DNA of 64,000 bases from Lepidodermella squamata (lineage: Eukaryota > Animalia > Gastrotricha). Shown here piece by piece: positions 40,122-53,477 of this stretch (its first letter is position 1; each line of letters begins with the position of its first letter). The DNA lies in the NCBI GenBank assembly GCA_047495785.1, contig JBLDXI010000029.1:3162001-3226000 (forward strand), given 5' to 3'. The translations under genes were made by a program, and so were the position numbers. The notes beneath the pieces are model-generated. The model made no database searches and was not told where the DNA came from. It saw only the letters and a list, made by a program, of their open reading frames with translations.

Positions 40122-42453
40122 ATCAGAATCAAATATGAATAAGTATCTAACTGGCTGCATTGTGACGCCGAAGTTAGCTGATTGTTGAGCTTTTAATAAA
40201 AAAATTGAGTCTCAAGTAAAATCTGAATGTCAGAAATTGTTGTTCCTGCAGCAAAACCGGCTCATTTTTCGCCTACTGTCCTCATTTACCAAACCATCCT
40301 CAAATACAAAAATTCAGCCTGTAAGACCTATTCCTGCAGGCTGCTCTATTGTTATTTCGCAATTTCGGCGTCACTATGTGAAATAAAATGAAAATAAATA
40401 AATCCGTTTACAGCAGATTTAAAAAATGAAAATTCCACCTTAAAATTATATTTATTCTGAATTCCCGCTATTTCTTATTCGATTGGTGTTAAAACAGCAA
40501 CGTGGGTAAAAAAAAACAAATTTTGCTTCTTATTTTGGTCGAATTGAAAAAATAGTTACAAATTGATGACAAATTCGGGAAAAACTTTCTTCATCGTGAG
40601 TTATCGCTCGTGAAAACAAATCCAATCACTGGAGGCGGTCGATCATTGTTTCGCTTTTGGGCACACCTTCAAAACGTAATCCTATCCACGTAAGGTTTCA
40701 GGCCTGAAATCTAGCCTAATTCGCGCCGGACTAGGTAATTAAGATGTATATGTCGTATCGTATAAGGCAATTTCTTCCAATAGCCGATTGAGACATCTCT
40801 ATGAGCAATCCGAATTGTTCCCAATGTCATTTTCAGTTATTTTAATCATTTTTTTAAATTTGGAAACCAAGCAAGATTACAGAATAGCCCTTCGCCTATC
40901 TAGCAGAGCCCACTTTCCCTAATAACTTGTACCGCATCTGTGTGTTTTATGAGTTTCTAAAAAGCTAGCGCATTTTCACTGTAACTGTCTTCTGGCCTTC
41001 TGGGTCCATTTAAACTCTTTATTAATCAATTAGAAGTCTAATCGATTGGGCTACTCGGGTTCTTTAATATGTGATAGATCATAATTCAATAACCTGAAAG
41101 TTGATGAAAACATCAGTCAAAAAGTAAATTTCCGATTGCTCATTGAGATATCTCTATCGGCCATTGGAGGGATTGCCTTATACGATACGACATATATAAG
41201 CTGAGTAATAAAACATGTGAATACTTGATAATTTCGTCAAGAGAAAAAACTTTCCGGTCTGCTCAAGCACGTGATAATTTCTTGAAACGAAGGTAGTGGC
41301 TGTCACGTTATAAGAAATATTCCTTACAGAGCTTTCAGGTGGGTTAAATAGACTCAGATGTGGCTGTACAGTGTGGTCTGAAAATAGTAAAGGAACGCGC
41401 ATTTCTTCAAATAATTGCGTTTTCAGATAATGATCACGAGGCTAATCAATTTCTTCAATCTATTGATCAACTTCAATTCAATGGCGCACATCTGATTAGC
41501 CAATTTCGAGGGGGAAAAGGAAATCAGTCCTTATAATTTAAAAATCATAAAAACAAAATCGTAATTTGAAATAAGGATTAAGAGAGGAGATGCTATGTTA
41601 AAGAGAAGGTTCCTGGTTGCACCTGCGAAAGATGACCCAAAATATCAAAGACCTTCCCTATATGTAAATAGTTGGCTCCAAGCATAGCCCTGTAAGCAGA
41701 AAAGCCATATTTAGACTAACCCTTACGGAGTCATCGTGCAGGTGGATCTTCGCTAAGCATGTGTCCCTACCGCCAATGTCGCCGAATTGACTAATATTTC
41801 AATGATAAAAAGGCAGATTTTCAGGTCAAGAAATTTTAACGAAGGAAATTTCCCAGGTTCTCAAACTGCTAATAACAAGTTCAACAATACCTTAAAAAGG
41901 CACTTTAAATTCGTCTTCTACTGAAGAATTCCAATTAATTTGGAGTTCAAACATTTCGTAAATACTTTGACGTTTACGTAGAATTAGCTCTTTTTTCCTA
42001 GATTCGCGTCTTCACCTTCACTTACGCCTCACCTCAATAACTAACTAGGCCAGATAATTGAAGGTATGAAAAGGCATATTATTTTTTCTGTCACAAAAAT
42101 GAGTCCTAATAATTGTGCTAGAACATTTCACTTTTTCGAATTTTCTTCCGGGCTTTGGTAAGGGCCCTTCTCTAACTGCGTGTCTCCTTCACGGATATGT
42201 AATTAGGTAACTCTAAACCGCGTTAGTTTATAGCTTCGATAAACAAGTTTCTGAATTCTTTTTAATAAAGTCAATTTCCATTTAAAATAATAATTTTTTT
42301 GAAAATGAAATAAGCTGATGGAGAAAATGAACTCCAACTACTGCGTAGCTACAAGGTCATGTGCCCATCACATGATAACCATAATTCAATATAATTTTCA
42401 ACTACGATTCGAGAATTTCAAGTCGCAGCTTTACTAGTTTCAGACCACACTGT

Positions 42454-43695
42454 ATGGAAATGTCATATTTACGTAGTCTTATAAACAAAAAATCAAAAAG
42501 TAAGCTCGCGATTCTGAAATCCGATCTGCTCCCTTTAGAAAATAGCTTGATATTTCTGCTGATTTCTTACATTTGTTCATCGTCGCTATTTCTTGGACCG
42601 ACAGATGCGTGTGCCTCGACCGCTTCAGAAACCAATGAAGGCCCTAAATTCGTCCCGTTCACAAATCCGCCTGTCCCACCAGCTGCTTGTCAATGCGTGC
42701 CGACAGCAAATATTTGCGACGTCTCGACGAAAAGCTGTGTGCCAAGTAGCAATCCATGCCCAACAAGTCAGACTTGCCAGCGCGAGGTTAATTTTACATT
42801 TTCAAGTTTGCTGTGTGATTCAACACAATTATTAGTCCCAGAATTCTGAAATTTCCGTAACAATTTTTACCATAAAGCAATTCCGGGGTCTTCTATGATC
42901 CTTCAGTTCGCTGAACTCGCCTCTGGGTTTCAGATCTATCGGGAATATCCCCGATACCCGTATGAGAAAGTATTCGTACATTGTTAAGCAGCGTGTAAAA
43001 AATATTAATTGAAATGTATTGCCTCTTTCTATTACCAGGATTCTCTTTTGCTATAATACAGCTCAGTTACAACCTGTGCCAAATTGATACGATCGGCGGC
43101 TCTGGCATATGCCGCAGTAATGTTAGATTCTGTTTGGACAATGGGGGAGCCTGTAGCCTGTTGACCGGTGCGACAGTAAGAGAATGATGACCTTAGTATT
43201 CCTATAATTTGAACGATTTGTGATCTCAGCAAGTGCCAGCGGAGCCCAATACATTCTCTTCTTTCGCAGCGTGCTGCCAAGCGGTCGCAGCTGGCCGCTA
43301 CACCTTCGCCGTTCGGTACGAACACGTGGCGTTCGCGCAGCCAGGGAACACGTTCGCAACAGCTTGCATTGGCGCCGTGACTGCAACGCCTTACCTTGTC
43401 TCTTCAGCCTCAGGAAGCACCGGTAGCTGCGTGAGCTTTCCCCATTCTGCCGCATCTGTAGCTGAGCTACTCGCTTACAACTTGGTAAGTATCTGAGACT
43501 TAGTTTGCAAATAGATCCATGAATGTTCCACTATATAAGGTCACTAAACCACCCCACACACTTGACTATCCAACCTTCGCCGCTTGTTGCCAGGGCATTG
43601 GTGCTGCGCCAGGAGCAGCGATTGCGCCGTCAACAGTTAGACTTTATGGGCTCATTCTCGAGAAATGCACGGCATCGAACGTTAACCTAGACTGA
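42454..43695 (+). CDS. Putative secreted Cys-rich protein, multi-exon (start and first junctions uncertain)
   Basis: Cys-rich exons near 42550-42786, 43066-43175, 43230-43484 and 43541-43695, bounded by GT/AG; FAACCQ occurs twice. Confidence 0.55.
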
Positions 43696-44210
43696 TAGCT
43701 TCATTTGTGATTCATGTGATGTCTGAATCTTTTGCTACTTGGGAGAAAGAAGACAGGGACGTCCATGGTTTAAAAAGTTGCTCTCTGTGAGTCAAACTAA
43801 TCCACCAGGAAAAATCTGTGTTGTAGTTACGGAAATTCGATTTTTTTTATGCCTTACAGCAAGAGAGGTCAAGCAAGAAACCCTGAAAAAGCCACAGAGG
43901 GCACTTTTTGGTCAGGCCTAAAATACCCGAACGTACCCCATAGTTAGAGGATTCTACTTCGCACATTGATGGTCAAAATTTCCCAAAAATTGAAAACTAT
44001 CTAAAATCTAGCGTAGTTAACTGAATGTTGAGCCTTTATTAAAAAATCGAAGTACAATGAAATGATTCACAGCCTCCATTCTATCCGTGTTTACTGTTGC
44101 TATCATTTCGCGGAAAAGCTGATAAGAAAAGCTAATCTGTATGGCATATTTGCTATGAATCCTTTGCTATTCTACCATACGAACCTAGTTTGTAACTATA
44201 ACTTCACGTT

Positions 44211-44804
44211 ATGGAGACTTTTTATGCCGTTTTACTACTTTTCGGATTGGTATTCCGACTCCAGGTGGATGCCATGGATTCCTCTGAAGAATACGAAACG
44301 CCAAGCTATCGAATCGAAGATTCATCTGAAGAAATGGTCAGAACGCCAAGTTATCGAATGCAGCAAGGATTTTCCGCCTATAAAACAATCAGGCCATTTG
44401 CGTTTGAAATAAACCCGGAATTACTCAGGACTCGAGACTTGTTCAAAGAACATTTAGAAAGCAGCGGGCTGATCATCATCAAACAGGAGGCGACATTCCC
44501 ATTCAAGCCGGTTTTCGGAATTCCCATCTTCATTTTCTTCCTAATCTCAGCTTTTGTTATTTATTACTATCGAACGCATCGACGAACACCTGGAAGAGCG
44601 ATAGCCAGAAATAATAATCGTAGAAGGCCGGTGCCGCCCTCTAATCAACACGCGAGTGACCTAGAAAGGCTGGCTGGTCGCAATAACGGTGACCTAGGTC
44701 ACGTTCAGCCTTACGACGCTCCGCCCGCTTATGATACATTGCTTATTCATAAGACAGTGGAAACTAATAATAACAGCAGCCTTGAAAATCAGACTCAAAG
44801 GTGA
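44211..44804 (+). CDS. Type I single-pass membrane protein with PPAY motif (paralogue B)
   Basis: METFYAVLLLFGLVF..MDSSEE and LAGRNNGDLGHVQP..APPxY shared with paralogue A; flanking DNA also similar. Confidence 0.8.
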   Translation: METFYAVLLLFGLVFRLQVDAMDSSEEYETPSYRIEDSSEEMVRTPSYRMQQGFSAYKTIRPFAFEINPELLRTRDLFKEHLESSGLIIIKQEATFPFKPVFGIPIFIFFLISAFVIYYYRTHRRTPGRAIARNNNRRRPVPPSNQHASDLERLAGRNNGDLGHVQPYDAPPAYDTLLIHKTVETNNNSSLENQTQR

Positions 44805-45045
44805 AATAATAGTTATCAAACTGGCTGAAATAAAAATAAAAATTCCATCTTTAGTGGTTTTTTATTTAATAAAAAAATTCCACCTTAACATAAAATGTAT
44901 TCTTTTACTGTTTTTCTTCGATTAGTGTTTGAATAACGGAGCGAGTAAGAGCAAAATTGGACATTAATTTGGTCGTGCTGAAAAATTGGTGACATTTGAG
45001 TGGAATAAATTACACTGTATTTAGGCGATATTTTATCGCTTTTTT

Positions 45046-48000
45046 CTACAGGATAACAAAGGATTCGCACAGAGCGCTGATGAAGGCTCGTCCGGCTTCA
45101 GGTGTTCCGTAGGCCTGGCACGGTAAATCAGCCCAGCCTATAGTTCCAGCGTCATTTTTCATGAAGGCAACACAGTCCTAAAATTGCAAAAAATTCAGCA
45201 ATTTTTCCGATTTTTTCCCGATTTTTTACTAACCTGACTTCCACCGAATGCGTTATCCGGTTGACCGGGTAGGAAACCGCCCTGGTTTCGGTTCTGAAAG
45301 CCATCGATCCAGTTGAATGAATTGCTGCCACGGCTTGGCCGCCTAAGACCAATCCAAGCTCGCCCGACAACGAAGCTCAAATCTAAAATAATTTTCTCAA
45401 TTATTCGAAAAATAATGAAAAATCGTTCAAACCGATATTTTTGAATATGAATTCGTTTTCAGTGCTGGATTTCAGGGTGGCTAGTGTGCCTTTATTAGCC
45501 GCACATGCTTGACTGGCTGTTTCGTATGAATAGTTGCCTTTGACGAGGAAGAAGGATTTTCTCATTACGAGGGGCAGCGGCAAATTGTTCGTGCTATGAG
45601 GCATTAGAGGCTGGAAAAATAAAAAAAATTGAATATAATTGTAAGCAAAAAATATTTAAATATCAAAATAGAAATGATTTGAAATTTTTGATATAATTGA
45701 TAAACTAAAAAATCCTCCTTAAATTTCAAAATTAAAAATTTTAATCAAATTCTGAAATTTCAAATTTTCAAAGTTTTTAAATTTTAAAATTAAAATTTCA
45801 AATTTTTTACAATGTCGCAGTAATTTGATGAAGCAGCTTGGACGTCAGAATCCGGGCCAGTCCTCGTTAGGGTTTCACACAGCGCCCCGGCCGGTAATTT
45901 GCGCCCATTAACTAGGGCATCGCAACGAGCCGGGTTCCAGCCGTTCTCCTGCATGGTCACGCAATCTTGGCCGCTTCGGGACGCACTCGCCGGGTCGCCG
46001 ATCCACGTCGCAAAGGTGAAAGGCACGCCTGGCATGAGTGGCGTGTCCCACTGCCACGCGTTGGGCTGGTTCGGAATGCGTTTGGCACCGAGCCAAAGTT
46101 GACCGATCCAGAATTTACCATCCTGATACCCCGGAACTGTATTCCAGTCTAAATTTATTTTTAAAAAATTTGAAAATTAAAATTGAGAATTTTTGAAATT
46201 TTACCAATCCTATGTCGAACTATGTGGTCTTCCGAGGCTGAATTGAAGGTGGCTAGGGTTCCATTTCGGATCCTGCACGCCGCATTGGCCTGGTCGTAGT
46301 TAAACTCGCCGAAAACCAGCCAAAAACACTAATTCGATTTGTTTAGGATTTTTCAGGAATTTTAATTGAATTTTTCAAACCTTGACATGGCTGATATCCA
46401 TGGGAGCTGACGGCGGCGTGGCTTGGCCATTAATTTTCGAAAACAACACACCAATAATGACTGCTGATAAACTTGCTGAGATCATTCTTCTCATTTTGGA
46501 AAAATCTAAAATTTAATTCATTTTTTTTTAATTTTTCAGAAAAAATTGTGATTTTAGGATTAATGTCTCTTAGAGCCATTCGATGCCGTATTGGCATAGA
46601 GCAGCGAAGCAATCGTCCTTCATTTCGTCCCAATCAGCTATCTCGCCATTTTCATCTGGCATCAGGCACCGAAAATCTTGAACCCCGATCAAACCAGTCT
46701 AAATTTTGAAAAATTGTCAAAAAATTAAATAAAGCAATGCCAACAAAAAATTCTGTAGTAAATGCTACTCGTGTGGGGGAGAAAACGTGTCTATCTTTCA
46801 ACAAGGTAAAACCATTAGTTAGCATAAGAGTTAGCTAGGTAAGTTGCTTACAAGAAGCTTTGAGAATTTTCTATTCATTTTTATCAAATTATTTCAAAAT
46901 TTAATTTGAATTTTTTGAAAGAAACAATTTTTTTACCTCTTTGTCCTTGGCTATAGCCGAGCATTTTTCGATGCCAACATTTGGAGCCGGTCGCCCTGGT
47001 AAAAATGGGAAATAATTAAGAGGGGTGCCGTCAAGCCACAGAAAAGCTGCCGCTATGCCGTCTTCATCGATAGGTGACTTGTAGCCATCAGGATGGCGCC
47101 TCAAACCGATCCAATAGCCGTTATTCTCAAAGGTCATGAATTTCGGCTCGTTTCGCAAGAGTTGGTACTCGGTAATCGAAGAAACAACTGCAAGTGATGA
47201 ATTGAGGCACCTGAAAAATTTGAAAAAAATAGATTGAAAAGGCAGCTATAAAATTTGAAGTTCGAAATTGTAATTTAAAAATTTAAAAATACTTAAAGAA
47301 CAATATTTGAATTTTAAAAAAATTTTAAATTTCAAACCTCAAAAAAATTAAAAATTTTGAAATTTTGAAAAATTTGAATTCTTTAAAAATGTATTTTGAT
47401 TTTAAATTCGGAAAATTTTCCTTACCTTGTTCCTATGTCTGGAATTTGTCGGCAAGCGACCTGAGCTTCTTCCCACGTGAACAGCCCCTCAACCGTGAAA
47501 AAGTGTTTGCGAACATATCCCGGTATCGAAACAATACTCTTCGCCTCAGGCGCGGATGGCAGTAATAAAACCTTGCAAAAGTTCATTTCATCAATAACCG
47601 ACGGTACGAATTTCGGTATCGGCAGGTCGTAGGTGGTTGTCTGGCATAGCACGCCGGCCGTTCGGTTGGTGATGCATGACGAGGCCACGAGGCCACGTGA
47701 CCTACTGACCATGCAGTTCAACGGGCCGAGTTTAGTGACTGAGTCTTCGTTAGGTAGAATTGCGTCTTTGAACTGATCGAGGTCGATTGGGGTGCTGTCG
47801 ATCCAGGTGAACGCTCTGTTGGGCGAGTCACGGTAGAGACCGGTCCAGAGTTGGCCGATCCAGTTATCGGTACCTTTGAACCCCGGCACTCCATCCCAAT
47901 CTATAGAGCAAATTGACGGAATTTTAAGGTGGCAAAAATTAGAGTAAATAAACCGATGATGTCAAAGGGCTACTTTCAAATATTTTGTCGGTTTTTATAC

Positions 48001-48701
48001 CAAAATAAAATTCAGAAAATTCTCTCTCGATCGAATACAGGGTTAATAATTGAAAAAATTATTTGAAAGAAATTGTGCGCGCACACTTAAATTTAAGCGT
48101 GTAAAATGTCCCCACACACAATTGACCCACAAATTTTAGTGTGTGCGTGAAAATTTTCCCCATTAATTTTTTCGCTCAGCAACCTTATACTCGATCGATA
48201 GAGAATTTTCTGAATTTTATTCTGGTATCAAAGCCGAAAGATTATTCGAAAATAGCCCTTTGACATTGTTCACTTTTCCAGGAAATATTGCAATTTTCTA
48301 AATTTTGCTGCTAAATTATAACATTTTAGAATTAGTAACTTCGACTTGAACTGATTTTTTGAAACAATGTCTCAAGGATTAAAATTTTATTGCGAACCTA
48401 TTTGTGACATAACAGCGTGATATTCGCTATTCGACCGGAAAACAGCCACCCTGGCACCACCTTTTGACCGGCAAGCCGCCTTAGCCTCGTCCAGCGAGCT
48501 GACACTGGCTGCCAGGACGAAATAGCAGTCGACAAATGACAAGTCATACGTCACCTTAGCCGCAACTTCCGCCTTAATCGGCAGCGTAGCCGGGTCTTTC
48601 CGCGCGAAAAAACTAGGCGTTGTAGTGTCATTCGATTCTTGGCACAGGGCCAATTTAACGAAAATTAGCTTAATAACTGCCGATAAAATGGCTGGAAGCA
48701 T
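45046..48701 (-). CDS. Secreted C-type lectin with four CTLDs, multi-exon
   Basis: Signal peptide; four sets of A..AC...LA, W(T/I/L)G(L/A), WxDG, CV..WxxxxC and ALCE motifs. Confidence 0.85.
47959..48266. mobile_element. MITE in lectin intron
   Basis: ~85-bp imperfect TIRs ATGTCAAAGGGCTA...TAGCCCTTTGACAT. Confidence 0.75.
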
Positions 48702-49340
48702 TTTTCTTTGCCGGGAAAGCAAAACGAATGTTTACGCCAAACCATCAGGTGTGTTGTTTACCTGGGGCTTTTTTCTCCTCTAATTCGCCGCTTAAACAAA
48801 CACGAAAAGTGCGTTCGGATAATCTCGGTTAATTGACATTTTTTATAGGTATCACATTTCACTGATGGTTTTGGGAAGGTGAAAAACTCTTGAAAATTTG
48901 TCATATTTTCGTATCATCCGAGTACCGAAATTTTTACCCGGTTATTTACCCGTTCGGTTCATCAAGTGCAAATAATTGGGAAATTTAATTTCTGCGATTT
49001 TATAACTTTTATTTCATTTTATTTTGCCACGTTAAAAAAAACGAATAATTTACTGTCGCAGCATTGAAAAATGAAAAGACGCTTGAAAATAATTGAGAGG
49101 GTAATAGGCCTTTAATGGCAAAATTTGTTAAGAAAAATGCTTTCATACCTGTGTGTTATTTAAAACAAAGGAAACATGTTCAACATCTCACAGATAAGAT
49201 GCGCAAAAAAGAGCGGCTGCAATTGTGTTTATTGGCGCCAACTCGCTAAAATTTGCGCATGCATGCATGACGGATGGCTGAGTGAGAAAACGTTTGTCTC
49301 AAATTTCAGCGGGATTACATATTTTTTCGACGAGGAAAAA

Positions 49341-52300
49341 ATGAGAATATTTTTTCTACTAGGATCAATATTTTTTGCTGATCTGGTATCAGCGATTTTT
49401 TACCACGGTAATTTGAAAATTAAGGTGGATTTTTTTAATATTTTTTTCAATTTTTTCAAAGCAAACGATCCATGCAATTTGATACCACAAGACTTGCTTC
49501 GGTCACAGCTCTGCTGTAATGGAACTGTTTACGCCGACCCGCCTTTTATTTATACCTGCTGCTATGATTTCGTGTGCTATCGAGTCAACAACATGCCAGT
49601 CAATGTTCGCTCCATTTTTTCAATTTGCGAATTTCAATTTTCAATTTGCATAATTATGAAAAATTGATTAATGACTATTTTATTCGTATTTAAATTAATT
49701 ATTTAATTGATTTCGCTTGATTTCGCGTGATTTTGAAAAAATCCAAAAAAAATTTAATTTTAATTTTTAATTTTTTTAAAATTTCAAATATTTCGGTGTG
49801 GCGACAATTCCGGTCGCGACTTTTGCGTCCCTAAACTTTGCGTCCCGACTATTCCGCCCAAAAACATTTCAGCCCAAATTTGTCAACGACAAATACGCGC
49901 GCGACAATTGAGCCAATAAGCACGACATTTGAGCTAGCGACTTATACGCCCACGACATTTGAGCTCGCGACAAGAACGCCAACGACACAAGAGCCCAGGT
50001 AAATATTAATTAATTAATTTAATAGGTTCAACTTGAGAAATGCGACATAGGCGATGAGGGCAAAAGAACAAATTTTTGCCATAAGTTCTGTCGGTAAATT
50101 AATAGCAAGAGGACATTTATTAACATAGAGATCAAAGTTCGATCTCATTGCTCGCTAATAACGAAAGTAGTACAACCGAATTGCGAATTGCGAATGGAAT
50201 TGCTATAATCTCGAAGTGATTAGTTAAGCATAGTCGAGCAGAGAAGGAGATGCGGCAGTTTGCAAGGTTAGGCCGCGGGCGTTAAGGTCGCGAGCGTTAA
50301 GCTCGTGAGCTGAAAAGCCGCGTTCTTTTCTCAGATAAAAATTATTTTCTTCGCGTCATCAACGCCCCTAAGTGTTTATCATGAAATTCGGAAAATTATT
50401 TTCAAGTCTTGGCTGAAATGTCGTTGGCGGAATAGTCGCTGGCTTTAATGTCTTGGGCGGAAAAGTCGGGACGTAAAGTTCACCAGCGGAATTGCCGGGA
50501 CGGAAATGTCACACGACCAATATTTCAAATCTTAATTTTTCAATTTTTTTATAAATGTTTTCGAATTTTTTATACAGCCTGAAATTCTTCATGCGATTAG
50601 CCGTTACGTTCCGGCAACGAAACCCGAGCTGGCTTCGGGCAGTAATGGCGCCCCACCTGGGGTGCCTCCAACACTGGGTGTCTACACGCCACCCGACTAC
50701 GACGCTTACCAACCATCACGGCTGTTTCATCCAGTTTCAAACGAATTCATCCCGACTGATAATTCAACAGCGGAGAAACCGAAAGATTCAGTCACCCTGA
50801 AAATGGTTAATGCAACAACCATAGCTACGACCTTAGCCGCCGGGTCAGGGTCCAGCACACATCAACCCACAACTCGGAAACACGTGATTGTTCATCATGT
50901 TAAATCGGCTGCAAGTATCGGAAATAGCAATGCGACCTTGAAAAATAACTCGGAGGTTAATTCTGGCTCGGGAGGATACCAAGCGTTGGACCAGGCGGGT
51001 CAAATCCAACTTCAGCAACAACAGCAGCAACAACAAATGGAGAGTGGCCCATACCAAGTGCCATTTGGGAATTTTAACCCATTTTCTATGCCACAGCAAA
51101 GCAATCCTCTCAATGTACGTTAAAAATGTTACATAAATTCGGAAAAATATTCAGTAAAATTAAAAAAATATCCCAAAATTTTTTTAAATATCAAATTTTT
51201 TAATTTCAAAAGTTCAAAATCCGAAGATCAGAATTTGAGAGGTGATTTTTGGAATTTTAGTTTAATTTTTTATATTTTAATTTCAGTCCTATTATGTCCG
51301 GAATCAAGGTCCAGTTCACCAATATTTTCTACCGGTAAGTTTAAATAAGCTTTCTCATTGATTTTTGAATGAAATTTTCAATTTTAACGAAATTTTTCCA
51401 GATGGGAAAGCAATTTTGGAATCCTATTCATTCGATGTTGCACAATTTTGCCTCGCAAGATATAGCTGGGCCAATTCTTCAGCAAGCAGCTGGAGAAACC
51501 ACGGAAATTCCCGAAAATCATCCCCAATTAGGAACAACTAAATTGAACCCTCAATTCGCGAACGGATTTTTCCAACACGCGAATTTGATGCAATTTATTC
51601 AAAGCATGTTCCCGAAAGAGGTACCTATTGACGTAGCCACGACCTCGGCTACAACAGAAAAAACTGCTACTACGACCACTACTGCAGAGATTTCGACAAC
51701 TACGAAAAGTTCGAATAATGACCCGAATTTGTGTGATGGGATCAATTTAGGGTTGCTACAACAAGCTAACCCGAGTTTGGCCTGTTGTGCTAAAACGGTG
51801 ATTTACGACTCGAGGCTGTATTCGTGTATCGAATCCACGACTGAGGGCAGCACAACTTCGACCACAGCATCGCCGAGATTGGTCAAAATTACAACAACCG
51901 CGGGAAATCCTGTAAAAACCGAAAATTTAACAACTTCGACCTTGAAGCCGCAAATCGAAATTGCTGAAATTTTATCTGAACCTATGGCTGGATTTTCGTC
52001 GAATTCCATTAACGAGAATCAAGGTGAATCAAGTGTTGGGAAAATTGCTGAAATGGAAATTGCGGCTGGTAGTGATGCTGATAATAGAAATAGCAGCAGA
52101 AGTCCGACTGTCCCGTTGAATCCGGCTAGGAGATCGGCGAAAAATTCGGCGGCGGCGCAAATCACCAACAACAAATTACCGGCTGATTTTGTACAGCTAA
52201 CTTGCGGAGTAAGAATTTAACAAATTAAAGCAGCTATTATAGACAGAAAATCTCGAAGATCCAAAACCTAAAACAAAATTTAAAAAATTTAAAAAATTTT

Positions 52301-52905
52301 GAAAAATTTAAAAATTAAATTTTGGTAATTTTTTTTAATTTTATTTTAAATTTTACTCCTCGAAATTCAGTTAATTTCAATTGAATCTTTATTTTTAATT
52401 GATTTATTGATGATTCCTGAAATTATTTTTGTTTCCTAAATTTCAGTCTCTGAAATTTGAGGTTTAATTTTTAGTGTCAATTATGAGGTCATTTTTTGAG
52501 GGCGTTCAGAGCTGAAACTATTATTTTAATGGGCATATGCTCGACATTTTTTAATTAAAAGACAATTTCGCGTAAATTTTTATCATTTCCGATTTGTGAT
52601 GATTTATTTTAATTTTTCTCCAGATCCATGAATATTACATTGACCCGTCGATATCGGTCAAATTTGCGTGTTGTGGCGATGCCGTGTTCGACGTGACAAC
52701 CGAGCTGTGCGAACACGTCTGGGGCATGTACTACGCCATGGCAGCGGTGCCAATCGACGAAAAGGCCCAGCAGCAACAACAACAACAGCCAGGAAAATCA
52801 GCAGAGAAAAATGGCCAGCCAAAATCTCCGGCCCGTCTCGATTGCAGCGAGTTGAAGACTTACATCTTCGGAAGCCCAACAGCTGCTGCTAAATTTAGCT
52901 GCTGA
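49341..52905 (+). CDS. Secreted protein with di-Cys (galaxin-like) motifs and Thr/Gln-rich spacers, multi-exon
   Basis: Signal peptide MRIFFLLGSIFFADLVSA; CCNGTVY..YTCC and CCAKTVIYDSRLYSC; GT-AG bounded exons. Confidence 0.6.
49795..50518. mobile_element. Non-autonomous MULE-like element in an intron
   Basis: 8-bp TSD AATATTTC at 49787-49794 and 50519-50526; GGT-initiated imperfect TIRs with ~15-bp CGAC-containing subrepeats. Confidence 0.8.
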
Positions 52906-53477
52906 AAAAATATTCAATTAATCTTCAATTAAAAATAATAAAAAAGCAGAAAATTTGAGGTTTTCGAATAAACTAAAAAAACAGAATTCTATGACGTAAT
53001 AGCAGGCATTAAAGCATTCTATAAAGTGTCACATAAGTAACGCAAGCAAAGAAAATACACGGAAAAGGGTTCAGCTCTAAAATTATAAGACAAATTAATA
53101 TAAAATCTAAAATTATAAAATTATAAGCCACACCTCATGACCAGAAAAATTGAAAATTTCACGAAAGCAGTAATCAAGTATGTCACTTGTAAATAGAATA
53201 AAAAAAAGAAATTTGGAGGAATTTGATCCAACCAGGTAAAAACCGAAAATTACCGAAACAGTTACCATCGTTGTTTTCCGGTAAATTTTTTATTTCTTCG
53301 GATAAATCGTGGATAAAAGATCAAATAGTCTCAGGGTTTAATTTGAAAAAAATTTAAAATTGCCTGAAATCGCGAAAAAGATTCTCATTATCCCGTTCGA
53401 TTTATCATTGCTTTGATGCAGAGGTCGGGCTGAATTTTATTTGATGGGATATGGGATTAAAAAAGTCTGGAGAAATT

